Assembly: GCA_030265395.1 (NCBI GenBank) | Contig: JARFYF010000022.1 | Coordinates: 49,880,835-49,944,605, forward strand | DNA: 63,771 bases | From: Rhina ancylostomus | Taxonomy: Eukaryota | Direction: 5' to 3' | Program-made: the position numbers and the translations under genes | Shown here: positions 12,409 to 24,194 of the stretch, one piece after another | Position numbering within the stretch: position 1 is the stretch's first letter | Layout of the letters: each line of letters opens with the position of its first letter | Notes under the pieces: generated by a model | Told to the model about the DNA's origin: nothing | Seen by the model: the letters and a program-made list of their open reading frames with translations, nothing else | Databases searched by the model: none

Positions 12409-13727
12409 GTCTGTCATCTGGGCACCAACGACATAGGCAGAAAAAGAGAAGAGGTCCTTAAGGAGGAATACAAAGAACTATACAGGAAGTTGAGAAGAAG
12501 GACCTCAAAGGTTGTAAACTCAGGAATACTACCTGTACCACGCGAAAATGGCAGAAAGATCAGAGGTTTAGCAGTTAAATGCTTAGCTGAATGACTGGTG
12601 TAGGGGGCAGGGTTTCATATTCCTCGACCATTGGGATCTCTTTTGGGTGAGGCATGAACTATTCTCTAAGGATGGGTTACACCTAAACTCCAGGGGGTCC
12701 AATGTCCTGTCGGGGATGTTTAACGTAGCTGTTGGGGAGGGTTTAAACTAATCTGGCAGGGGGATGGAAACCTAGATGTCAGGTTACAGGATCTTAAGGA
12801 ATGGAATGACGTTCATAGAGAAGAGACCAAATTAGTATACAGTGAGGATGACAGGAAAGACAGGCAAGCGAGGAGTCAGGATAACTTACCAAACATAAGC
12901 ACAACAAATCAGGATGTTAGAATGCAGGATGTTAGGATAGGTAGTGATAATGGTAGGACAGGCAGGTGCAAAGTCAAAAAGAATTGTCAAGTAGAAGAGC
13001 AAAAACAATCAATGGCTGATTCTAGAAGAAACGTGTAGTATCTAAATGCACATAGCATCAGAAATAAAGTAGACGAGTTAGTGGCACAACTACACATTAA
13101 GAAATACGACATTATGACAATCACCGAGTCGTGGCTTTACGACGGATGTGATTGGGAACTAAACGTCCAGGGGTACACAGTGTACAGGAAGGATGGGCGG
13201 GAAGGCAGAGGTGGTGGTGTCGCCATTATGGTTAGCAATAATATAAAATCATTAGAAAGGGAAGACATTGGATCAGAGGAGGTGGAATCCTTATGGGTGG
13301 AGCTAAGAATTAGCAAAAGTAAAAGAACAATAGTAGGAGTTTTATATAGGCCCCCAAACTGCAGTCAGGAAACAGAATACAAACTACAGTTTGAGATAGA
13401 AAAAGTGTGTCAAAGTGACAATATTAAGATAATTATGGGAGATTTCAACATGAAGGTGGACTGGGAAACTCAGCACAGTAGCACATCTCAGGAGAGTGAG
13501 TATGTTGAGTGTTTACAGGACGGCTTTGTGGAGCAACTCGTTGATGAGCCCACCAGGGGATTGGCTGTTTTAGATTAGGTGTTATGTAATGAACCGGAGG
13601 TGATTAGAGAATTAGAGGTAAAAGAGAAATTAGGAACTAGCGACCATAAGATGATTGAATTTAGCTGCACATTTGAGAAAGAAAAGCTGACAACTGATGT
13701 ATCGATACATCAATGGAATAGAGGAAA
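12409..13727 (+). mobile_element. CR1-clade LINE 5' part: ORF1 SGNH esterase end and ORF2 APE endonuclease
   Basis: ORF1 remnant VCHLGTNDIGRKR...SGILPVPR...FSKDGLHLN ends at TAA 12749-12751. ORF2 remnant YLNAHSIRNK...ITESWL...GGGVA...YRPP...IMGDFN...SDHKMI contains stops and is cut by a gap. Confidence 0.92.
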
Positions 13728-14047
13728 NNNNNNNNNNNNNNNNNNNNNNNNNNNNNNNNNNNNNNNNNNNNNNNNNNNNNNNNNNNNNNNNNNNNNNNNN
13801 NNNNNNNNNNNNNNNNNNNNNNNNNNNTGTGTATTGTTATCTAATCAGTCCAGCATGGAATCCATGTGCTGGACAACAAGGCATTAATGGAGCCAAATTG
13901 AGGGACAGAACTCAGAAACTTGACAGAAAGTTGTCAATTTTTAAATAGATTTGACAGAAATACTGTGAGCCTGCACCAAAGATTTCCGTGGAGACTGGGG
14001 CGGAGAGAAAGTGGAAATAAAATTTCCTGCTGGGGAGAGTTCACTTC

Positions 14048-16114
14048 TCAAATGTGTTTGATAAATTTTGCAGTTATACGAAACGGATATGTCACCACAG
14101 TTCTCAATTGCTCCCTGAACATAGTCTGTGTCACAGCATAAATGCACGTGTCTGAGCAGCAACTCAGAAGCTGGAGTATGAAACCTATTTCAGTTACAAA
14201 GCCGGGGAGATAAATAATATCATACCACAACTTCCACAACCTGTTCCATGTACAATGCACCGTAAACACGGACCATAACAGGATGAAATTTCCCGAGATG
14301 ACAAACAGCAGTATTATGGATTTCCTTCTGCTCTCCATCTGTCTCTCGGAATCTCCCCACTATTCTGACCCCGGAGTCTCCTGCGGGATCTGCTCGCCAT
14401 TAAAATGTGTCTGACTGTTAAAGTATTGAAAAACAGAATCAAAACAAACGGAACACACGGGGTGAGAATATAATGAAGAAACTCAACTGTTGCCCAGGAC
14501 ACTGACATCATTACACGATCATCTATATAACAAAACCACGGACTATTCACCAACCCGTACCAAGGTGTGTACATAAAGTACCAGAACATATCCTTTATAC
14601 TGCTCAGTCCAGTCACTGTTCCCAGAACCGTAGCTGCCGTTTTCTCGTTGGAACAGCGAGATTTCAGCTTTTGGATACAAATCGATCAAAGGTGAACATG
14701 ACGGTGAACCACACCGAACTGTCCGTGACGGCGTGAAGTTGGACGGCGTGGATATTACACGCGCGGATGAACTTCAGAAAAACCATGTGATGAGCAATCA
14801 GAATCCGTCTCAATATTACATTAAAGAGAACGACCAGTAGATCCGCCGTCGACATGGCCACCAGGTGGAGGGTGACACATCTGGAGAGACCCCAGGTTCC
14901 CCTGGACAGGACCGAAATCGTCAACAGGTTAACTGTGAACAGAACGAGGGAGAAGACAGATTAATAGGTCAGAAGGTGTCCAGTGTCAGCATTCCTGGAA
15001 TAAAGATCTTGAAGAAACAAACATCCCTTTGAGAAAATTAAATTGCAGTGGTGACCAGCAACAGCGTTAAGAAGATATCATGCTCGCCCTCGTCCAATCA
15101 CACATTATATTGGCTGTGCAGTTGTAGGTTCTGCAGTTGCGGTCTGAAGACTTGAACCGAACGGGATGGGAAATTTTTGGGGATTTCTTTTGTCAACCAC
15201 GAGCCTGACGTTGGTCTGAACCAAGTCACGTTGACACCTGATTTTAACTGGGGAAACGAGCACACGCATACACACAAGTTACCGTTGGTGACTGTTGATT
15301 GAAAAGATGATGTCAGTCTTTTGGGTACGACCATAATTTCCGACAACTGTTGGAGATGTTTCGAATGCAAGTTTCAAAGGCACCAAAATTGCACGGCGAT
15401 GGAGCTGAGGTTTGAATGTAGCCGTTTGCTGTTTCGCAATAAATCATTCCCCATCTGTGCCGAGTCGGCCAGGCAGCCTGATATCTTCTAAAATACAATT
15501 GGAAAGCAATCCAGGAAACAATAAAGAGAAAGGCAAGTCGAAAGCATCTGTAATGAGAACTGAAATCCGGTGTTAACTGCACAGGACATCAGCTGCTTCA
15601 GAGCAGGAGATATATGTTTTACTGGTGCAAAGTGTGACTGGTACTAGATCAGAGTGACCATTTCCAATCACGAACTTCCCTTCTGAACCAGTCCACGCAG
15701 TCCACTTCCCTGTTCATGTCACGTTCATGTTCCTGTCCAGTGCACACAAACACACCAGTCAAATCCGAGAAACAGGTCTCCACGCAAACATGTAGCCCGC
15801 CCCAACAATGGCTGATATCCGTCACATAATCTGGCAATGGGAACAGAATATCGTGTCATTTTTTCCTGTCAATTTGCCCGATCAGGGCAAGAACCTGCGG
15901 TGTGTTAACAGACCTGTACCAAGAGCAAGTACTGGATGAATCGAATCTCCGTATTGTGGGACCAACGGGATATTAGAGACGCAGAGTTGAAGGTAATTTA
16001 TAGAACAGACTGCTGATTTACTAACTTACTTGGGATACCGAGGACATCCAGGATTGGATAGTATATCTTCTCGATGTCATAAGTGACATCAATGATCTCC
16101 ACATAAAGGGACAT
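14048..16114 (-). pseudogene. GPR139-like GPCR copy C (exon 1 16114-16030, exon 2 14932-14048)
   Basis: Exon 1 MSLYVEIIDVTYDIEKIYYPILDVLGIP+A then gtaagt; acceptor ttcacag. A 10-nt deletion after FDRF (about 14672) and a 4-nt deletion near 14340 break the frame. Confidence 0.9.
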
Positions 16115-17004
16115 CTTCCAGCTTTCGTGGAAATAATTGCTGTCAATGTCGGAGGTAATTCTGTAGCGGAACAAGGAAAGGTTTGGATATTTATTGGAAA
16201 GGGGACCCTCAGAAGTGGGACACTTGGAACTCAGTAATCTGACGTCGTTCACGGTCACTGAACAAACAATTTCAAATTAATCCCTTTCAGCACGGAATAC
16301 TTTTGAAACAACCTAAAGTGACACCGGTAAACTGCCCTCTGACTTGAATAACATTGAGGGCATCACATGGTCGAGTAATAATGTTCACGTCAACGTCTGT
16401 CTTCACCGCCTGTCATCTGGATTAACTCAATTGACATCTCCGTTAGTACCTCACTGCCAAATGCACGAAATTCTTGACGAATCTGACACAAATTTCTGTT
16501 CAGAAAACGTCCTTGTCAATCCACTGAAATTTCACCCGAAGTCCCAGACAGCATCGGCGTTTCAAATGGGTCAAACAACGTATGAAGCAATTATCCTTTC
16601 ATTTTGCTCTCACTTAATCTTTCAACTGCTTCTTTGATATTCATCTGCAAAACTCCCTTTAACGTGGACAATGAGGAGAAGAATTTCTTCGTTCATGTTT
16701 CGTTAAAGATTAACGTTAAATTGTACATGAATGGGACGGAACCACCTCACCGACTGACAAGATTCTGCCTACTTCGACCTCTAACCCTTGTGTGGTCCAC
16801 AGTACGAACATTCGCTCTGCCGTCAAGGATACGAAGAGTGACCCAAAGTGTCACCGACCTTCCTGTCAGTCAGTCGTTGCCCTGCGCCTCCTCCCTCAAC
16901 ATAATCCATGGCACTGTACAATTATGACAGATGGCGCAGGTATGAACATTCATCTCCTCCGACTTAGCGTATGACGCTAGTATTCTCGATGTGGTCTCTT
17001 CTGC

Positions 17005-17730
17005 ATCGGAAAGACCAAGCGCAGACCAGGCGACCGGCTTGGCGAGCACATGCACTCCCTCCGCCATGGCCGACTGGAACTCCCCATTGATTCCCCTTTC
17101 CCACTCCGATATGCGTGTCCTGAGCCTCATGTACTGCCAAGGGGAGGCGAAATGCAAACTCGAGGAACATTTCATATTCTGCGCAGGTAGTCCATAACCT
17201 ATTGCATCAACACTGGATTGTCCAGTCTCAGGTAACCTGTTTTCCCTTTGCCCCCTTTCCCTCTCCTCAGTTCCTCCCACACCCAACCCAGTCCCGATCA
17301 TCCATTCTTTCCTCTCCTACCCCCACTCCATCTTCCATCACCCATGCACTCATTTGATTTGTTCGCCTCAGCCTATAGTTCACATTTCTCCCTTATTTGC
17401 TTCCGATTCTCCAATTTCCTCTTCAATCAAATGCCGTCATCTGCAGCCCTTTGTTTCCTCCACCTATCACATCTCAGCCTCTTCCGCTACTTCCACCGTT
17501 CCCTCCTCCATCTGTCCATCACCCCTTCACCTGGATCCACCTATCACTTTCCCGCCCTGACACCACCCCTTCCCCTCGTTATACTGACTCCACGAGATTT
17601 CCAGTCCAGATGAACGGTCTCAACCAGAATCGCCAACTGTCCATTTCCCTCCACACATACAGCCTGACCCGCCAAGTCTTTCCAGAAATTTGTTTGTTTT
17701 TTTTGCTCCAGATTCCACCATCTACCGTCT
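17005..17730 (+). mobile_element. Penelope-like 3' fragment, paralog of 8660-9370
   Basis: CIGKTKRRPGDRLGEH-like motif, CKLEEHFIF and the same tail, at the same position upstream of the GPCR as in copy B. Confidence 0.7.
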
Positions 17731-18167
17731 CTGGCACCTCATTTCTAGATGACCGATCCCGTGTCTTTCGATTATATCTGCTCGTTGGAGGCACTCTCAC
17801 AGAGAAACCATCTACCTTGTCACATCTCCTGTTTCTCACACGTTTCTGTAAAATCAACCCTCTTCTTGTAAATTCCGAAGATCATGACCAGATTTATTTA
17901 TCTTCTCTTTATAGGACAACACATACATAACGAGGCGAAGGAAAGAAGAAAGAGGAAGAAGATTCCGATCGTCCCACATCGTCTGTCGACGTTCGTTCCA
18001 TTCCCACTCCACCAAAACTGGTGACAAATCCTTGTTGTCAGCTTGTGCTCTCACAAAGCGCAAACCGGACCGGGGCTTGTGCTACGGTGAGAATAGTTGA
18101 TCTCTCAAACGTCTTTCAGAAAAACGTTCAATTATGCTGAAAATAGTAAGTCGAACCCATCAGCACA

Positions 18168-18222
18168 CGATGGGGATGGGTTTCAAGCCCCCGCCTGCAA
18201 CGCACCACTCGGCGACGTCGTC
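18168..18222 (-). pseudogene. tRNA-Ser(GCT) pseudogene lacking anticodon arm
   Basis: Minus strand GACGACGTCGCCGAGTGGT joined directly to GCGTTGCAGGCGGGGGCTTGAAACCCATCCCCATCG. Confidence 0.65.
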
Positions 18223-20296
18223 TCGTTTGTGACGGTCTTTTAGTTAGTTTCCAGCTCCTGCCGTCTGCTTTCACGTTTCACACGTTTTGTTTCGATTTTG
18301 TGTTCCGTCCTTGCTTTCCTCTGGTAGTTTTTTTGGACATCTCTTGCGGATTCCGTGCACTCTCTTAATCTCTGGGATTTCAGTTCACTTTTTCAACATA
18401 ATGAGCCTTTTCAATCAATTTAATATGGCAATCGTTCACTTCTGATATGATTTGAAGCAATTGTGACGGTGGAAAATTTACGTATTTTAAATTAATATTG
18501 AAATTCGATTCGGCACCTGACAGTTGTCATGTATTTGAATATAACTTCCCAATATACCAGTCCCTCATTCGTCGTTTCCTTTGTCAGATTGATTTTTCAA
18601 GTTTCAGGCTAAACCGTATCATATCCACTTCAGATAAGCTTCGTCATTCGTTGCTGGAGAACATTTTTCAAACGGGGTATTTAATAACATTTTCCTGTTT
18701 AAACAGCGTGTTGTGGAGGTTGTTCCTCACAAACTGATCTGGAATACATCCCAGGAAGTCATTCTCTGCATGATTGGTACTAATTTATTTCACCCAGATA
18801 CCATGTCCGTATGACCGTCAGGAAGAAAATGCGGAAATCAACTGATTGAACGTTCGATCCAAAGCACACACAGAAAACTGAGTCTTCACCCGCCTTCCTG
18901 TACTTTTCTGAATGCAGAGAGGCAATGACCATCCATTCAATCTACGTTCATTTTCCTTCCGTTAAATCGGAAGTGTTTCCTTTCATAGGACAGTTGATAC
19001 TGGAATAAAATAATGCAGGTTTTTTTAATTAGTTGCAAGGAAAAATAATCTTGTTCACAACCCATACGAGGAAGAAACGACTGGCACCGAATCTCCTGTA
19101 TTCCAATTGGACTGGGTCAAGAGAGAGACTTTGTTCCCTTCTCTTACTTGAAAAGGTGAGATTCAGCAACCTCAACCTTCTTTTTTTCCTTTCAATGAAT
19201 CTTTCAGTTACGAGGAGGTTCCGATCCCAAGTTCCAGATAAATCTTGAGGATGGAGATGAAAGGGACGGGTTGTGTTATTTCTTCTCCGCTTTCTGGGCA
19301 CTTGGACCGAAAGGTCTTTCGGTGCATTTTTCTAGGGTGCGTCATACTTCCGAGGCATAGAAATTGTCGCGTTGCAAACAGAGCTCTAGTATATGGAACA
19401 GTACGGCACAGGAACAGGAACTTCGGCCCAGAATGTTGTGCTGCACTAATTAAAATAGTCATAAAATGCCCGACTGATTTTAGCTCTTCTGCTCACACAA
19501 TATCCATCTCCTTCCATACCCAGCACATTTCTGTGCTCAGCTGCGAGCTCCTGAACTTCTTAACGTCTGTCGCATTTAACTGCACCATCACCCTTGGCAA
19601 CTCATTTCAGACTTCCATCGCTCTCTAAGAAACTTGCGCCGCAAATGTACNNNNNNNNNNNNNNNNNNNNNNNNNNNNNNNNNNNNNNNNNNNNNNNNNN
19701 NNNNNNNNNNNNNNNNNNNNNNNNNNNNNNNNNNNNNNNNNNNNNNNNNNTCAACCAGAATCGCCAACTGTCCATTTCCCTCCACACCTACAGCCTGACC
19801 CGCCAAGTCTTTCCACAAATTTGTTTGGTTTTTGCTCCAGATTCCTCCATCTACCGTCTCTGGAACCTCATTTCTAGATGATCGACCCCGTGTCTTTCGA
19901 TTATATTTGCTCGTTGGAGGCACTCTCACAGAGAAACCATCTACCCTGTTATATCTCCTGTTTCTCACACGTTTCTGTAAAATCAACCCTCTTCTTGTAA
20001 ATTACGAAGATCATGACCAGATTTATTTATCTTCTCTTTATGGGACAACACATACATAACGAGGCGAAGGAAGGAAGAGAGAGGAAGAAGATCCCGATCG
20101 TCCCACATCGTCTGTCGACGTTCGTTCCATTCCCACTCCAGCAGAACTGGTGACAAATCCTTGTTGTCAGCTTGTGCTCTCACAAAGCGCAAACCGGACC
20201 GGAGCTTGCGCTACGGTGAGAAGAGTTGATCTCTCAAACTTCCTTCAGAAAATCGTTCAATTATGCTGAAAATCGTAAGTCGAACGCCTCAGCCCA

Positions 20297-20351
20297 CGAT
20301 GGGGATGGGATTCCAGCCCCCGCCTGCAACGCACCACTCGGCGACGTCGTC
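20297..20351 (-). pseudogene. tRNA-Ser(GCT) pseudogene lacking anticodon arm (duplicate)
   Basis: Same structure as 18168-18222 within the duplicated block. Confidence 0.65.
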
Positions 20352-22438
20352 TCGTTTGTGACGGCCTTTTAATTAGTTTCCAGCTCCTGCCGTCTGCTTT
20401 CACGTTTCACACGTTTTGTTTTGATTTTGTGTTCCGTCCTTGCTTTCCTCTGGCAGTTTTTTTGGACATCTCTTGCGGATTCCGTGCACTCTCCTAATCC
20501 CGGGGATTGCAGTTCAGTTTTTCAGAATAATAAGCCTTTTCAATCAATTTAATATGGCAATCGTTCACTTCTGATAGTCATGATTTGAATCAATTGTGAC
20601 GGTGGAAAATGTATATATTTTAAATTAATATTGAAATTCGATTCGGCACCTGACAGTTGTCATGTATTTGAATATAACTTCCTAATATACCACAGAGATG
20701 CCAGTCCCTCATTCGTCGTTTCCTTTGTCAGATTGATTTTCCTAGTTTCAGGCTAAACCACTTCATATCCACTTCAGACAACCTTCGTCATTCGTTCCTG
20801 GAGAACATTTTGCAAACGGGGTATTTATTAACATTTTCCTGTTTAAACAGCGTGTTGTGGAGGTTTGTCATCACAAACTGATCTGGAATACATCCCAGGA
20901 AGTCATTCTCTGCATGATTGGTACTCATTTATTTCACCTATATATCATAATTGCATGACCGTCAGGAAGAAAATGCGGGAAATCAACTGATTGAACGTTC
21001 GCTCCAAAGCACACACAGAAAACTGAGTCTTCACCCTCCTTTCTGTACTTTTCTGAATGCATAGAGGCAATAACCATCCATTTACACAGAAAACTGAGTC
21101 TTCACCCTCCTTTCTGTACTTTTCTGAATGCATAGAGGCAATAACCATCCATTCAATGTACGTTCATTTTCCTTCCGTTAAATCGGAAGTGTTTCTTTTA
21201 ATAGGACAGTTGATACTGGAATAAAATAATGCAGGCTTTTTAATCAGTTGCAAGGAAAAATAATCTTGTTCACAACACAAAAGAGGAAGAAACGACTGGC
21301 ACCGAATCTCCTGTGTTCCAATTGGACTGGGTCAAGAGAGCGACTTTGTTCCCTTCTCTTACTTGAAAAGGTGAGATTCAGCAACCTCAACCTTCTTTCT
21401 TCCTTTCAATGAATCTTTCAGTCAGGAGGAGGTCCGATCCCAGTTTCCAGATAAATCTTGAGGACGGAGGTGAAAGGTACGGGTTGTGTTATTTCTTCTC
21501 CGCTTTCTGAGCACTTCGACCGAAAGGTCTTCCGGTGCATTTTTCTCGGGTGCGTCATACTTCCGAGGCATAGAAATTACCCAAGGGAGGTCGCGTTGCA
21601 TACAGAGCTCTAGTATATGGAACAGTACGGCACAGGAAAAGGAATTTCGGCCCAGAATGTTGTGCTGCCCTAATTAAAATGGTCATCAAATGCCCGACTG
21701 ATTTTAGCTCTTCTCTTCACACAATATCCATCTGCTTCCATATCCCGAACATTCCTGTGATCAGCTGTGAACTTCTGAACGTCCCTGTCGTATTTAACTG
21801 CACCATCACCCTTGGCAACTCATTTCAGACTTCCATCGCTCTCTAAGAAACTTGCGCCGCAAATGTACNNNNNNNNNNNNNNNNNNNNNNNNNNNNNNNN
21901 NNNNNNNNNNNNNNNNNNNNNNNNNNNNNNNNNNNNNNNNNNNNNNNNNNNNNNNNNNNNNNNNNNNNTATCGTACCCCCAGCATCCTGCCTCTGCTTTT
22001 CGATACCAGCGCAGTCTAATTTTCATTTATTTGTCTTTTCCTGAGAGTGTAACGGTGAATTAAATTTCATCATTTGCTGTCAGTCTGCGCGCTTTCTCTT
22101 CTGCAACAGTGTAAAGTTTAAATCAAAGCTCACAACGAACTATTTGTTCCCAGCCTTGACAGTACAATCCACCTTCATTACAGAGTATCCAAACTTGAGG
22201 ATGATGAAAATCGAAACCTCGCTAACAAGGTAACCGGTTCCACCGGCACACTTGAAATTAGAGACCCTCTCAGTGACGTTTCAGTCAGGAAATTTTGTTG
22301 AGCCCAATGGTCCACTGAGGAGTCTCATTATCAGATGCGTCAACCCACAAACTGCGCTCAAATTCTCAAAGCCGACTATTCATTTCGCTTCACATATGTG
22401 CCTGACACGCTTAGTTCCTCCGGCATTTTATATGTCTT

Positions 22439-22441
<3 letters not shown>

Positions 22442-22521
<80 letters not shown>
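22442..22521. repeat. (CT)n(GT)n compound microsatellite
   Basis: Perfect CT run followed by a short GT run. Confidence 0.97.
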
Positions 22522-22890
22522 CAACCCCACTCAACATCCTCAAATCAACCAGAGTTGGTTCGGAGTAAAACGCAGAGAGATCAGGAGCGTTTTCAACAGT
22601 CAGTCAAAGGTCCATGCTGCAGAAGTCGGTGACATTTGTGAGCAACTCAGTTTGCCAGAGCGCAAGATAAAGGTGAGAACAAACGTTTAGATCGGCAAAT
22701 GAAGGGACAGACTGGTTAAATATTTTTTAAAAGATACACAGTTGGGTAATAAATGGACGTAAGATAGCTAGAAGTCATTGGGAAAACAAGACAAGCAGAA
22801 GGTACAACATTAGATGTGTGTGTGTGCGTGTGTGTGTGTGAGAGAGAGAGAGATTCATCCAGGTTCATTCAGCATGTACCAACTTATTAT

Positions 22891-23056
22891 ACTGTGTGAG
22901 TCTGGGGTTCATTCTGTGCCTGTCAGGCTCTGGTACAATGTGAGAATGTGGGTTCATTCTGTACCTGTAATTTTCTGGTAGAGTGTGTGAGTGTGGGGTT
23001 CATTTTGTATCTGTCAGTCTCTGGTACGGTGCAAGAGTGTGGAGTTAGTTCTATTT
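22891..23056. repeat. Degenerate minisatellite, about 44-45 bp unit, about 4 copies
   Basis: Recurring GTGTGAGTGTGGGGTTCATTCTGTACCTGTCAGTCTCTGGTAC-like unit. Confidence 0.75.
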
Positions 23057-23136
23057 CTTGCTTTTTGCTCCATAATTCTGGAATTTACTCAGTACATATC
23101 ATTATCTAAGTTTATTGCTCGAATTATATTTAGAAC

Positions 23137-23636
23137 TGAGAAAGTAAAGGGTGAAAAATGCAACCATACCTAGAGCTGATAGAAAAAAACCTTGCAAGCT
23201 GCCGACTCAGTGGATAAGGTGTTAATTTTACATTACCTGGTACCTTGGTCAGTCCCATTATGCTGGACAATAGGAGTACTGGGAGCAATAGACAACGAGA
23301 AGGAAGCTTGTCCAAAACAATGAGGGGTGATACCTGTCTTTGAATTCCTTGATTATAACTCAATTACGCTAACCAATAGGTGCGATGCCTGTCTCGGGAT
23401 CTCTGTAGCTTGACCGAAACTCGCGGCGCCGCAGGCATTAAGTGTGCGTGACAATATCTGTATAAATTTCTGTCTGCTCCTTTGGACGAAGAGACCTCGG
23501 GAAGCGACTCTTAACGAGTGATGAAGATACCTCTCCTTAACGGTGCACTGCTAATAAACGCATTTTACCGAATCGACCTCGTAGCACTGTGTTACTTTAC
23601 AGCGGACAGAAGTGAGAACTTAATTTCGAGACGACA
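23137..23636 (+). promoter_or_regulatory. ERV 5' LTR
   Basis: CCAAT at about 23373, TATAAA at 23461 and AATAAA at 23553. Ends in CA (23635-23636), 3 nt before the PBS. Start position uncertain. Confidence 0.7.
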
Positions 23637-23639
23637 ATT

Positions 23640-23657
23640 TGGCGAGCCAGCCAGGAA
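23640..23657 (+). promoter_or_regulatory. Primer binding site complementary to tRNA-Arg(ACG)
   Basis: TGGCGAGCCAGCCAGGAA versus TGGCGAGCCAGCCAGGAG, the reverse complement of the vertebrate Arg-ACG 3' end plus CCA. Confidence 0.9.
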
Positions 23658-24194
23658 TCGAAGACGAGGTTTCGGAAGCGGCGTGAGCGATCGACGGGAA
23701 TAACGGCTACCTGAGACGGAAGGGCCCACTCATTACTATTCACCTTGATTCCTCTCAGAGAATCGGACACCTGATCGATTCCTTCGCTTGTCGAATATCC
23801 TCTGACGGACTCCTTGCAAACCAGTCCGTGTGCAACCGATAAGAGAAGTTCGAGTCCCCAGATAAGTTGACTTCGTGTTCGGGGTTTGAGTCCCCAGTTA
23901 AGGTAATTTTATGTTTGGGGTTCGAGTCCCCAGTTTCGTTAGTTTCCCATTTGGGGTTCGAGAATCTAATTTCGGGTTTGGGGTTCGATTCCCAAGCTTT
24001 GCGTTTTAAGTTTCTGAATTTCAAGGTTTTGAGCTCTGAAATCCGTTCTCCGTGATTATCACCCTGCTTCACACCGGTTCTTAATAGGGGAAATACCCCA
24101 CGGGAGGGTCAGGAACCTGAAGTGGGTGAAGGAGAGAGACCGATCTTACAGACAATGGGGGAGATTTTTACCTTACAATCGGGAAGAAAACAAA

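Larger units (their letters stand above)
17620..21868. repeat. About 2.1 kb direct duplication (17620-19650 and 19751-21868)
   Basis: The two halves are colinear and highly similar, and both end in CTTGCGCCGCAAATGTAC immediately before an N-gap. The second carries an extra 71-bp tandem copy at about 21013-21153. Confidence 0.9.

Noticed and set aside
22252-22632. ORFs with poly-SL runs here, and poly-HT runs at 37736-38155
   Set aside because: These are translations of (CT)n and (CA)n microsatellites.
23845-23995. Repeat-spacer pattern superficially like a CRISPR array
   Set aside because: Vertebrate retroviral leader context, repeats of only about 15 nt, related spacers and no cas genes.
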